Assembly (NCBI GenBank): GCA_002633005.1
Contig: NMRA01000381.1
Span: 307,057-371,056, forward strand
Direction of reading: 5' to 3'
DNA from: Phoronis australis
Taxonomy: Eukaryota; Animalia; Phoronida
DNA length: 64,000 nucleotides
The notes under the pieces were generated by a model that saw only the letters and a program-made list of their open reading frames with translations, was not told the DNA's origin and did no database searches. Each line of letters starts with the position of its first letter. The first letter of the stretch is position 1. The position numbers and the translations under genes are program-made. Positions 1 to 29,625 of this stretch are shown one piece after another.

Positions 1-17433
<17,433 letters not shown>

Positions 17434-18613
17434 AGGTCTGCTGGTGCTTCTGTGTAACCTAAGTTATAATCATGTTGTCTGTTACTGCAGACACTGGTTC
17501 AGTTACACCTCATTGTCTCAACGTGTTATCAAGTATGATTGTCTCATTGGACTGTTATGTCACTTAAGGAAAGTTTAGTCATAGAATGCTGACAGTTGGA
17601 AGATGCAACTTAGTTATACTGTTCACATCATGAGCATTTGTCTTGGAAAAAACATATTTTCATTCTGAGGTTGTGGTAAATTACTTTTTTTTGTTTTGTT
17701 TTACTTGTGTTAAATGCATATCATGTTGTGTATATGACATGAGAAATGTTGTGATAATTGAAAATATCACATGTGTTAAGTTTGGGCTGTTCTAGTAAAA
17801 TATGTATGGGAGGGAAGAATGGAGTTGAAGTAAAATTTTTTTGGATGACTGCGTTCAGAACATGTAGAAGTTACCAGTTGTTGTTCTTGTAAAAAATATG
17901 TTATCGGCCATTGGGTTTTTTTAACCCATTCATTTCTCGAAGAAAGTAAATGAACATCATCTCCAATATTCATGCATTATCAACAATAATTCACACTGTC
18001 CTGCAATCCATTTCCCAACTGAATGACTCCGATCATGGTGCAGGCTAGTTGGGATCTGAATAACCCAAAACCACGAGGATGTTTACTTTTATGAAATCTG
18101 TAGACCATGTAACAGGATTAGGTGTTAGTGATATCATTACCAGAACACTGGTCTGCTGACGTTTCATTAACTTAGTACTGCACTGTGAAAATATATTACA
18201 GAACTGAAATAAATACATATCAGTAATATGTATCAGTGATTGGTTGTGTTCTTGCATTTTTTGTTTTGGTTACCAAGAGCAATTAAACTTGTGGAACTTC
18301 GTTGTCCAATATTTTTTTAGAAATGCAGGTGGTTGCATTCAAATGTATAACAAATTTTTGGTGGTTGTAGGTTAGGGAAATAAACGAATGGGTAGCAGGC
18401 GAGAAAATAAAGAGCCTTACCCCTTCTCATTCTGGAACAGCCCTTAATTTATCTTGAAAGATGATTCAGCACATGTTAATTAAGTTCCAGTCACCTTTAG
18501 TGTACTGCTCAGGTAATTAAATTATCTTTGCTTGTAGAATTAGTAAGTAGTCAACCTTTTCCTGGAAATATACTGAATTGGGTTGTGTTGTTTGCTGTTG
18601 TGCAATAGCTTTA

Positions 18614-18619
18614 AATAAA
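18614..18619 (+). terminator. candidate GLT1 polyadenylation signal AATAAA
   Basis: AATAAA about 1.2 kb past the stop, followed by GT-rich sequence; other AATAAA copies nearby make the choice uncertain. Confidence 0.35.
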
Positions 18620-20459
18620 AGGTTACTGAGTGCAACTGAGTGGTCATTGTCATTTAAATCATGAAGCATTTGTACAATTTAATTATGTCGAATAAATGCA
18701 ACACAGATTAATACCATGGCAAGCAGTACATTTACACAGAAGTAATATAAATATCACAGAGATGAACAACGCTTTATAATGTAGTAATTTTCTAAGAAAA
18801 TGTCAAAGACCTTTCCCCATTGTTAAGTGGTCAAGGTAGCACTTTTCCACTGTCACTACATTCAGGACACTTTACCAGGCTTCTAAAGGGTTACTAAAAA
18901 CCAATTATTTAATGAAGGTAAGCCATGGATGCCTATAATCTCTGGGCAAATGTCAATGAAGGGGCCTGGTGGTTTGCTGTCAAAAGGTAATCGGTCCAAC
19001 AGATTTTGTGACAGACAAGTTACAATGGTACTGAACACAACCACAAAGAGTAAAAGTATTAAAGACAAGAAGGGCTGAAGAGGAGAAAGCTGAAATGAGA
19101 ATGAAAAACAACGTGCAATGTAAAAATGTGAAGTAGCTTGGGTGACTTAGTTCACATAAATCTTGAAATTAATTTCAAAAATATAGTATTAAAAAATAGC
19201 TAAACTCAATTTTAGTCAAATTCTGACAATATGTTAAGACAATTGAAAACTTGGCAATGCTTATTGAATATGCCTTAACTGTAGGCAGGTTTCAACCCAA
19301 CAGTATCAATGGTATATCCTACAGTTTTTAACATTTAGAGTGCTGACTGTCTTAATCTGTTAATGTTTTCTTACTTCTCATGATTTCAACAAGCACAACA
19401 GTTTTATTTTGAAATCACTTGTGAAAATTGCATGATCAAAAATGACTCGTCAGGCTAACTACACTATCATGTCTGGTACAAAGTGATTGCTACCATTCAG
19501 GGAAATGCCATTGTACAAATTAATTGCCCAACTGCAAACAAAATTTCTGAAAAAATATAACTCGGATTTTATTTGTTGTTACATGGAAGACATTGGTTGA
19601 ACTCTATTTTAATCAAAACAGATGAAATGCACATGAAGTCATATGGAACATTTGTTACAAACTCTTATGCAATATGAACAAATTGCCCTTTGCAATGTTC
19701 TCACTAAGCTTTATATGGAGTGTGGCTGAGATGGCAAGATGCTTTCAATCACAATGTTGAGCAAAATTATGCACCAGAGACCACTGTGTTGCGAGCGTGG
19801 TGGCTCAAAAATTGAGCTCAGTGGGACAGCGTGTTCATAAAACATGATGAGAATGCTGCACTGTTTATTTTCTTAACATACTGCACTATATAATAAGCAA
19901 AAATAACAAGCGTTGGTGATTGGCTACACAGTATCCATTGCTTGTTAGAAGGTGATCTTCAATAAGCAGAGACAAATTATCTGCTAAATTACAAACTAAA
20001 CACAATAACTGTGCTGAAAATATTGGTATGACCATTTACCCTACCAAGTCCCCAGACCGCAAGTCTTGACTCTTGTCTTCCCACCTGGAGAGAGTCAGGA
20101 TTTTCCATCACAATTATCTATATCTCAGGGTTTGATTTTGACTGACCAAACATTGTGCCAATATAAATAGGCTAAAGGTTGGTGCAAATAGATTAAGATA
20201 TTTTAGACATGATGTGACGTAGTACATCACCACTTCAAAGCAATTTTAGGAAGTCACTGACTACATTGGCTGCCGGTTCACCAAACCATGGGACTTAGAG
20301 AAGCAGGTTTAAACTCCCTAAAAGGAGTCATTCCAGCTTGCAAAAAGTTTTTTTACAAAAGCTGTCCGACTGTGACAACTTCAAGAATAGCTACATTGGG
20401 AAGGTTGTCAAGAAGCTAACAGAGTCCAGATGGCCATCATTATTAGCTGCGAGCAATCT

Positions 20460-20672
20460 CTTAACAGCTGCACATGTTAACAGCTACAGATGTTAACAGC
20501 TACAGATGTTAACAGCTACAGATGTTAACAGCTACAGATGTTAACAGTTACAGATGTTAACAGCTACACATGTTAACAGTTACAGATGTCAACAGCTACA
20601 GATATTAGCAGCTACACATGTTAACAGCTACACATGTTAACAGCTGCACATGTTCACAGTTACAGATGCTAA
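20460..20672. repeat. 16-bp tandem repeat, about 13 units
   Basis: tgttaacagctaca(g/c)a. Confidence 0.92.
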
Positions 20673-21556
20673 CGATCTAAGTAACCTAATTAGGATGATG
20701 AAAATTTTGGGTAAAAGTAGCTTTGCTACCTGCTTGTGTCGTCAATGAAGGTGGGTTGGCTTTATAGCACTGATATCCCAGAAACTGACGAAGGAAGCTT
20801 GTCCCAACTGCGCCTTTATTCCCGTTAGTTGAAAAAAGTGACTGGAAATTGGGGCAGCTTGCTTTGCAAACAGTGGTTATGTCTAGGTGGCACCACTCGT
20901 AGCATCGCAGGTTTTATGATTTTGTCAGTTAGTATTAGAAATCTGATCTCATTGAGTTGTCTCAACAATTCCACACCAATTGAGTCTTTTGAGTGATCTG
21001 CAACTAGACAGCCTTAATACTTCCAAATAGTTCTTATTATGTTTTCAGTAAACTAAAAGTCTGCTTCCAATTTTCTCCTCTTATAGCTACCCAGTGTAAC
21101 GTACACAACTCATATTAGATTTTTGGTGTAGAGTTTTGACCTAAAAACTAAATGTGCAAGATAGAAGTTGGACTAACCCTTTTTTACCGCATTTGTAGAC
21201 ATCACACTACATTTAACATCAACAGAAAAGCAGTCAATTTCTGCAGGGATTTTATCTATTTTCATCAAAACCACCACACTGTTTTCTAACTCATACCTAA
21301 CTGGACTATTGCATATGTTATCAAAAACCTACCCTATATAGAAAAAATTCACCAGCCATTCTCAATATCTCAATGTCACAATACTGTTGTATCTGTGTAG
21401 CACATGATCACAGGTCTAACCGGAAGCTTTCAAAAAATCACATGACTAATCACGTGACTTTGCTATGGCAACACTGAGTTCTGCTTTGCTTGCCAACACC
21501 TTTATCCTCTAAACATTATAAAAATCCATTGTATGTCAACCAGCAACAATTAAAAG

Positions 21557-21783
21557 TCAGCGCACAGAATCCTTTCCACGCTTCAATTTCATTTCCAGCT
21601 TGTGGCGACCTTTACTTTTGTTCTTCTTATATTTTGAAGAGCTTTTCCCAATCTTGCCACTACTGTGATCACTACTCCTGTGTGCCACACTTTTTGATGG
21701 TGCAGACGTGGTCTCAAGAATTGTAGACTCGGCAGATATCGGATTATTTTCATTTTCATCATTTGAACCTGGGCTCTGTGGAT
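21557..21783 (-). CDS. MEAF6: MEAF6 terminal coding exon
   Basis: ctttctacag|AT CCA CAG..., 75 codons to TGA; Ser/Lys-rich, ending like the human HKKRKNKNRHRIDLKLNKK tail. Confidence 0.82.
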
Positions 21784-24700
21784 CTGTAGAAAGATTACAA
21801 TAAGCTGTTTATGATGAAATGCATCACATCACATCACATGATAAATTTGGACCAGTCAATCCCAAAAATATTATTTTACTTTAAGACTGGTCTTGGGGTT
21901 ATGGTTCCTGCCAGAGGCTGGTTCAAACTTTGATTACCCAATCTGGTATATAACAAAAACAAAACTCAAACTCAGTAACAGCTATTGACCAAACTTTCAG
22001 AATGAGAAGATGAATTCGCATCCTTGCTCATTTCTGGTGAAACAGCAATGCGCAAATTCTGTCATTTTTTAAAATCTCCAAGCAGACATGACCTCAGTTC
22101 TATTTTCACTAAATTAGGCAAGGCAAAGCATCGTTGGTTCTGGTCCGCACCCAGACTCATTTTGAGACCTGTACTCACTGAGTAAAATAAAAACAAAAAT
22201 AAAAAATGCCCGCGCATTGTTTTTGCACAAAGGCATATAAGCAAGGTTTAAAATGCCATGTTATGCCAAGCCATGCACAATTGCCTGCAAAAGAAGCATT
22301 GGGCAGTGCTCGAAACAATCACTGAGCTTGATTTAACCATCGAAATGGCAATTCAATGTTTCACTGTTTAAAAATGATCACCATTAATGAACCTACGTTA
22401 AATAATTTGTATTCTTCCATACAAAATTCAAAGCATTCCATCTGACAATCTGTAATAAACATGAATATGGACACTATGTACTAGCAGGAACTACCAATAC
22501 ACTAGCATAAATGGAAAATTAAAAACTCATCAAAACAAGCAGGTTTAATATTCAGAACACTGTGCACAGTTCCATACTTGCCTCATCACAGCTAAGTAGT
22601 GAACTATCATGCCATTGAAGTGTTACATAGTCATGGATTGTCTGCATTGCAACCAAGTCTACTCTTCAAGGGCCCCGGTCATCAGGTGCAAAGTTCAATA
22701 GGGATAACAAGAACATCGCAGGGCGTTGAAATGCGCCCACGAATGCATCGCTAATGGTGTGCTTCTCGGGGTTTATACTTGTATGATAAAAATGGCTACT
22801 AGATGGCCCAAAATACATCGAATCCATCCGAAAATGGAAACATGCCATCGCTTCTTCAATAGAGAGCTATTTACCACATTTCATAACAAGAGCAACGCGG
22901 AGCGTTGAAATGCGAACACGAATGCATTGCAAATGGTGTGCTTTTAGGCTTATTTAATATTTGTATCATAAAAATGGAAACTAGGTGGCGCAAAAACACA
23001 CAATCCATCCAAAAACAGGAACATGCCATATTTCATAAAAATCTGCCAAGGAACTTCAGAGAAACAAAGGAAAACAGAATAAAATGAAATTGCCACTAGT
23101 GGGCACAGTGTCAGTAGGATCTGCCTGAAAGTCGTCGTCGTCTGTTGTTATCTTCATATAAATACACTTACTAAATTTAGTAAAGATCCTGCAGTGGGTT
23201 TAAGAGATACAACTATGGGCGCAAAACAAAACTACCACTAGGAGGCGCCACAGTAATCAGTCTAATCAGTCACCACCATCAAAGGTTGTCTTCACACTGA
23301 CAAAATAAATGCCAATTTTGGTTGATACAGGGATGGAAACCAAAAACAAGATTTGAAAACAGCAAAAGTGGCCACTAGGTGGCGCAAAATACCTCGGTTC
23401 CATCCAAAAACAGGCAGATAGCATCATCACACCAATAGATGCATATATTTAAAATTTTATGAAAATCTGTTGAGGACCTTTGAAGATACCGAGTTAAACG
23501 TAAAAACTAAAATTGCCACTAGAGGACACAGCAGTAGTCAGATCTGTCTGAAAGTCGTCGTCATCCATAGTCAACATCACATAAGTACACTTGCTAAATT
23601 AAGTAAAGATCCTGTGAACAGTTTAGGAGATACAGCCATAGGCGCAACAAAANNNNNNNNNNNNNNNNNNACTCTTGAATAAAAATATAGTTTCGACTCA
23701 ACAAATTACCTGAAATCTTCCTTATGTTTTACAATTTTTAAAGTTCATGTGGAGTTCAGATTAATTGCAATTAAGTCCAAATCTGTGCTACATCGTACCC
23801 CACAACACGAGAAAAATCTCTGGATGAACACACATGTTGTTGTCACGTGACGTTTGTTTTGAAGTTCATCTGCGTATGAGAGTGAGTGAGCGTGCGTGTG
23901 CGGGTCATCGACGACAGACTTTTTTGTTACAAAAGGCGGAGGATTATGCAAGAAAATGGCGTTTACTAGATTGTTTTTCACTTAAACGGCTGCAACATGC
24001 AAGGTGAGTGCTGGTTAGCTTACAGATTTTGTGTGCACAGGCCGACTGTCGTTAGCTCTGCCGTGGAGTATTAATAGTCCAAGGCTCGATCTACATGTTG
24101 GGGACGAGGTGAACTACCCGGGCTGTGTGAAATTTCTGGGTCTAACGGAGACACTGACGCAGTGGTCAGCCAGCTCGCTGTATCAAGACTATAATCAAAA
24201 TCCACATTCGTTTTATCGTGACCCTGTCAATAATAACGGCATGCTAAAGCCTTCTTAATTTTCGTACTTCAGGAACATAACAATCACGTGTTTTGTACAC
24301 ATACGCGCACGCCGCAGATCACATCTCGGAAATTGCCGATTTGACGGATGACAATGAATGAACACAATGAAATTAACAACGTCGTTTTACAGCTTTTAAG
24401 ATTCAAAATAAACGTACGTATTTTGAATATTGCAATGCATGTATTCCAAAATCTAAATAACTTGGGTCCTATATTTTTGTATTAGTGCGCGCCGAATGAA
24501 AGTAATCGTGAGTGTTGCTGTGTTGCAAAATCTCTTATCCTGGGCCGATTTGAAAAATTCAAAGTTGTACTCATATTTGTTTTCGCTCCTCTTTTCAAAT
24601 ATTACAGTAAAAACTACGTAAAACTCTCTCCATAAAAAGTACAGTCTGCTAGGTAGATTGTAATCAGCTGATCATATCCGCATGAGCGAAGCCAATTATC

Positions 24701-27610
24701 CTCGCTCGTGACTCGATGACTAGAGCAGCTTGGCGGCATCCCTTTGATCGTGAGCCGAGTGCGACTCAGCCAAGGTGGATAAATACGGTCTAGTTCAATT
24801 TTCCATACCCCACCGTTTACCTTAATCACTGGGGTTAGGACCAATCTTATTTAGTGGGAATGTTCATAGCATGCAAGAGCTTACCTTGTTTGGAAAACAA
24901 GAGTTCTACAGTATTTGACTGCCACCAAAAGAAAAGTAGCAGTATTCCTTCATCGTAAATGACTTTCACCAAGTCTACATTATAAAGGTGTATCTATACA
25001 AACATATTATTCAGTCAGATAGTACAATGTCTATTAAATGCTTATCATTTGTATATCTCCTAGTCTAGCCAGTGTTGTGCTAATGCTTACTTGGTAGTGG
25101 TTAGGTAGCGATCCCAACCTCTAATGATATTTCCATACTGCTGTGTGTCTTCCAAGTAACTTCCCTCAAATGCATAAATCTGTCTCTCCAAGTTATTCAG
25201 AGTGTCCTACAAACACATTGTGGATTATCACTGAGAACAGACATGTAGCAAGAAAATAATTACATTGGAAAAGCTTGCAGATGACTCAAAACTCGCAGTG
25301 TAGCTGGCTGTAGGAGTGAAACACAATTACAGACGAGGTGGTATGAGCTTCAACAGTTCATTCACTACTTACACTGTGCTCTTTATGCCATTAGGCAGAT
25401 GAACTATTTACAACAGTTCAGACAAAAACCACTGTAGTTACCTCAATATACACAAACAATACGTCAACATTTAACAACTCAAATCAAACCACATACAAAC
25501 CTAAATCACTTGCTGCAGTGTCCACACCACATCAAATGACATTTTTACAGAAACCTGCAAATTCTGATATTTGATTCAGAGAGGTATAAAAGCAAGTTTG
25601 GGATTTAAAGTCTGAGACTCAGTCATGAAAACTCAAAATTTCAAAACTTTTTGCAAAACGCAGTAATCTTCAATTTTGACAGCCAATTTATCAAGCTGTG
25701 CAGCCTTGGCAAGAGATCCAATACACACTTTTTACCTTACAGAATAAAGAAACACACCTGGAGACCATACTGTGTCTTTAAATCCTTCCAACTCAAATAT
25801 TCTGGCAATCACACACTCTTCAATCACTATCAAAATTGTTAGCGCAGTATATTTTCAGTGAAGACTTGTGTGATCTCATGCAACTTTTCATGGAAAAATA
25901 CTACAGAAAAGGTTCCACTTCCCAACTATACCAATTTACAGTAGGGTTTTCAATATCTATATTCTAAAAATGTTTTTTGCAAATGAGGTAATAAGTTTTG
26001 TTAACACAGCATCTTATGGTATCTTGTAAGTAATGTTTTGAGCTATGGGCTAAAAATACCGCTGTCTGAGAATTCTTACCCACTAGCTGTTTTGATGTTC
26101 AGTAATACACACTATACACAGCTACTAGTAGCTAGCAAAAGTCCAGTAAACAGGTCCCTCTTGAAAATAGCAGCCAGGTACCAATTTCACTGAATAACAT
26201 TAATGTCCGTTACTCAATGAAAACTGGTTCCCCGCAGTCACTTTGAAGAAAGACCATCTTACTCAACTTATACCTCACTAGCTTTAACCCTCCCCCTCAC
26301 TAGTTTGACCCACTTAGTCCACCTTTGCTGAGCGTGAACTTGGAATCTTGCTTAATCTCAAGATTGCATATGCGTGAACTTGGAATTGAACATAATTTAT
26401 TTGGGCAATCAGGAGAAATTTATTGCCATCATGACCACCCATTTTCTCCTTTACCATAATTTGTATCAAAGAATAGCAGGAATGTGTGAATGCCTAAATC
26501 AATTATGGTTTGGTGAATAAGATAGCCAATAGATGAAAAAAGATTGGTTAAAACTTACATTATTTTATTAACATATACTTTTGATTTAGTGCAGTGCAAA
26601 TTTTTATAAACGTGAACATGATTACGGTATTTAAGAGAACTTATCAAGCTTCCTCATATCATGCATTCCAAGTTCATGCACATGCGATCTTGAGATAAAG
26701 CAAAATCCCAAGTTCAAGCACTGCAGTCTTACTACATCGACAAACTGAGACAAGGACAAGAATTTTGACTGCAGAGAGCAGAGAATGTTACCTCAAACTT
26801 CAAACCACTGGCACTCTCAATGTATCTATGACTATGCCTCAGGGTGTCACAAAATTCAAAATCAAAGCCTATTGGATAAAGGCAAAGGCATGCAAATGAG
26901 TAGACAGTGACCACCGTCTCTAGCTGGCAGTGCCAGTAGAGATGGTGGTCACTGGCTAGCCAATGAAATGAGACTGCTGTGCGTGAACTTGGAATCTTGC
27001 TTAATCTGAAGATTGGAACTTGGAATACATGAGGAAACTTTACAAGTTCACTCAAATCATCACGTTCAAGTCGATAAAAATTTACACAGCACTAAATCAA
27101 ATTACATGTTAATAAAATAAGGTAAATTTTAACCAATCTTCTTTCAACTATTGGTGATCTTATTCACCAAACAATAATTGATTTTAACAGTTCGTTTAAC
27201 CATTCACAATCACACATTCCTCCGATTCTTTGACACAAGTTACAGTAAAGGAGAAAATGGGTGATCATGACTCTTATGATTACAAAACTTCTTCACGCTG
27301 AACAAAAAATGTCACCTGATTGCTCAAAAGAATATTCAATTCCATGTTCACGAATACGCGATCTTGAGATTAAGCAGGATTCCAAGTTCACGCACACGGC
27401 ACAGTAAGACAAGCATCCAACAGAACGCGATCCCTAATTGGTGGAGCAAACTAGTTCTCAGAATTAGGAATCACTAAATCAGTCCAGTGTGTCTATACTG
27501 AGTGTGTACGGCAAACCTATTGTGACACTAACTGCTATTTCAGCCTTTCTTTTCACCAGTTCGTTCAATTCTGATCTTGTATCTGAAATTTGCGATCTCG
27601 AGGCCGCCAT
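21557..27610 (-). CDS. MEAF6: Chromatin modification-related protein MEAF6/Eaf6 (NuA4/Tip60, HBO1, MOZ/MORF subunit); middle exons not visible
   Basis: Exon 1 27610..27533 [26 protein letters not shown]; exon 2 25206..25091 [38 protein letters not shown] (Eaf6 signature); last exon 21783..21557 with Lys-rich tail [25 protein letters not shown]. Confidence 0.93.
22707..23652 (-). mobile_element. Helentron/HINE-like element with internal satellite-like units
   Basis: Inverted homolog of 53261..54670; terminal motif aacaag..gcgttgaaatgcg occurs twice (22707, 22886); recurring CCACTAG(G/A)TGGC units. Confidence 0.6.
23653..23670. other. assembly gap (18 N)
   Basis: N run joining two different, truncated repeat families. 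Confidence 0.99.
23671..23910. mobile_element. fragment of the same pogo-like MITE family
   Basis: gtttcgactcaacaaattacctgaa...gtcacgtgacgtttgttttgaa is shared with 30560-30770 and 34650-34860; starts at the N gap. Confidence 0.8.
25091..25206 (-). CDS. MEAF6: MEAF6 exon 2
   Basis: tttgtag|GAC ... AA|gtaagc; [30 protein letters not shown]. Confidence 0.96.
26327..26732. mobile_element. about 400-bp MITE copy A in MEAF6 intron 1
   Basis: TIR GCGTGAACTTGGAATCTTGCTTAATCTCAAGAT; interior is the reverse complement of 26970..27405. Confidence 0.8.
26970..27405. mobile_element. about 430-bp MITE copy B, inverted relative to copy A
   Basis: Same TIRs; colinear inverted homology (e.g. acccattttctcctttac / gtaaaggagaaaatgggt). 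Confidence 0.8.
27533..27610 (-). CDS. MEAF6: MEAF6 exon 1
   Basis: gaaaATGG start context, 26 codons, GCA|gttagt donor; resembles human [21 protein letters not shown]. Confidence 0.93.
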
Positions 27611-29295
27611 TTTCCCAAATAAGCGCAATCTGTTGGTGGCAGTGCAGAAGAGACATCTGGTGGGGAGTGGGGGTTGAATGTTGTTCGTTGAAATATTCGT
27701 ATTTTTTGGTTATTGTGTACAGTCTGAGTTGCCTCCCGTTACTCTTAAAAGGTTGATCAACTATCTCAAATGGTCCAGTTAAATCAGAATTTTTCAAAGT
27801 TTAATCATTCTTGTTTTTGTTTTTTCTGTCATCACCTGGGAGTAATGTAGTCCTAGCTGATCACAGTGAACACCGGCTTCGAAAAAAGACATGTTCTGTG
27901 ATATACAACAATAACACATTCTTTACTTGGTATCATCACAATCCTTAATGTGATAGGGGTACCTTGTGTCATTTACTTTTTTTGGTTTTTGCCAACACCA
28001 ATGAATTCAAAAGCCCTTTCGTGAGTCGTAAATGGTTCCAGTGTTTTCGTTGGTAACGGAAATAAAATAGGGCGCCTATTTCATAATAATAAAAGATGAA
28101 TTCGGTTTTTTCGTCAGTCAGCCTGCTAATCATGGCAAAATGCAGCTTCAGAAGCACGTAATGTTTAAAGAAATCGTCACAACAACGAAAATTGAAATAA
28201 AAGGTGAATGAATGTATACAAGAGGCAGAACTATGTGTACCGGTATATTGCAAGAGCAAATGGACATATAGTGAAGCAAGACTTATTAAATATCGAATGA
28301 CAAAATTTGGCAACGTTGGCAGTGCTAGCATTCACAGCCTTGGTGTATTTAAAATGTTAAAATGGGATTTCCTATTGCATTGATAAATGTATCGAGATTT
28401 TGACATCATCTTATTATTTTAGGGGGATTACTTCAGAAAGAAAAAATACCTTAGTGAACTGAATTTAGTACACAGTACGATGTGGTAACAAACACGTACA
28501 GCTTTTTTACCTTGTACTTCAGGGGATATGTCTAAGCAAGGATGTTTTGCCATTTTCAAAGTAATGATACAGTCATTCCATGCTGGCAATTTGTTTAGTG
28601 AATGCTGAAGAATTTTAATCAAAGAGATGATTTTGTGACGTTTTGAAATCACAGCTCCATAACAAATTTTATGCTACTTTTACCAAGTTAAAAGACCTAT
28701 TTGGTCAAATCGAGCTGTAGTGGAGAGGAGCTTCCCTGGTCGCCTGCTGCAAGTCACGTTTTTGACCTGAGAAAGCCGCTTTGGTACCCACGGTAGAACT
28801 ACGGTCGAAGCCGTCTGTATTTTCCAGAGTTTGTTTATATGCTACCGCGGGTACCAGAGTGGAAGAAACGCCCGAGAAAATTCCATGATGTCATTTGACC
28901 CCATTTGTGATTGGTTTATTCTGGAGGTGTGCTTGAGTGACGTAAAGGTGGCCTGTTCTGACAATCGCTGCGGAGACGGTATTCGGAACTGTAAATTTGA
29001 AATTTGTATCTGTTTGATTGTTGCTTTCTTTCCGATTTCGTGTCTTCTCCAAGTTGCAACTGTTACCTGTGTAATTGGGCGTGTAGACTCGACGTATTGT
29101 GCTGAATATGTTACCGTAGTAGGCCAGAAATTGCGCTTTGTTCGACATTGGATTGCATCAAGTAAATGGCCGATCAGCTGTTCCAGTGACGTCTTCATCG
29201 GCTTGTCCTGTTTAACTTTTTGCGAGGTTGTACGAATACAAACGCACTGGTTACATTTACACCTAATCTCTGGCACTTACCTGGCATTGGTGCTA
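27611..29295. promoter_or_regulatory. Divergent MEAF6/sestrin promoter and 5' UTR region
   Basis: Start codons are 1.7 kb apart head-to-head; CpG-richer near both ends; YY1-like GCCGCCATTTT over the MEAF6 ATG; reverse CCAAT near 28910; CRE-like TGACGT near 28938 and 29187. Confidence 0.65.
29152..29160 (+). promoter_or_regulatory. C/EBP-ATF (CARE/AARE) motif ATTGCATCA
   Basis: Exact match to the CHOP-type amino-acid response element core, 135 nt before the sestrin ATG. Confidence 0.5.
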
Positions 29296-29625
29296 ATGGC
29301 TAATGAAGTCGATTTCAACAAATTTCGAGATGAAGATTCGCTACGGTTTTTGCACGGCTTGTCTTGTCGTGACCCGCAAAGCAGAAAACAAGCAATGGAC
29401 GCCATTCAAAATACAATGGATGCTTGGTTAGATGGCTTTGGAAGTCCGAAGGACCACTCCTTAAAGGACTATTCTGGTGAAAATGGCTGTGCAAACGGCT
29501 TTGAATTTGTCGGCGACTTTACCCACCTTGTGAAGGAGCATGTACCAGAGCTACTGAGACTTTCTCAACAATGTCCATTTGCTGATGTGAGAGAGAGTTG
29601 CTTAAAAATTTTGAGCGATCTCAAG
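29296..29625 (+). CDS. SESN: sestrin exon 1 MANEVDFN...[18 protein letters not shown]
   Basis: ATG at 29296, AAG|gtaaga; GLSCRD and [12 protein letters not shown] resemble the SESN1 T1 N-terminus. Confidence 0.9.

Noticed and set aside
18883-19089. Minus-strand acceptor-like site (tttttcattctcatttcag) followed by a hydrophobic 68-codon frame
   Set aside because: No recognisable homology and no convincing in-frame upstream donor; at most a MEAF6 3' UTR or alternative exon needing RNA evidence
22111-22641. Two candidate MEAF6 middle exons (VSTGLKMSL..., [20 protein letters not shown])
   Set aside because: Splice-like signals exist but neither resembles the conserved Eaf6 segment, and phases cannot be closed with exon 2
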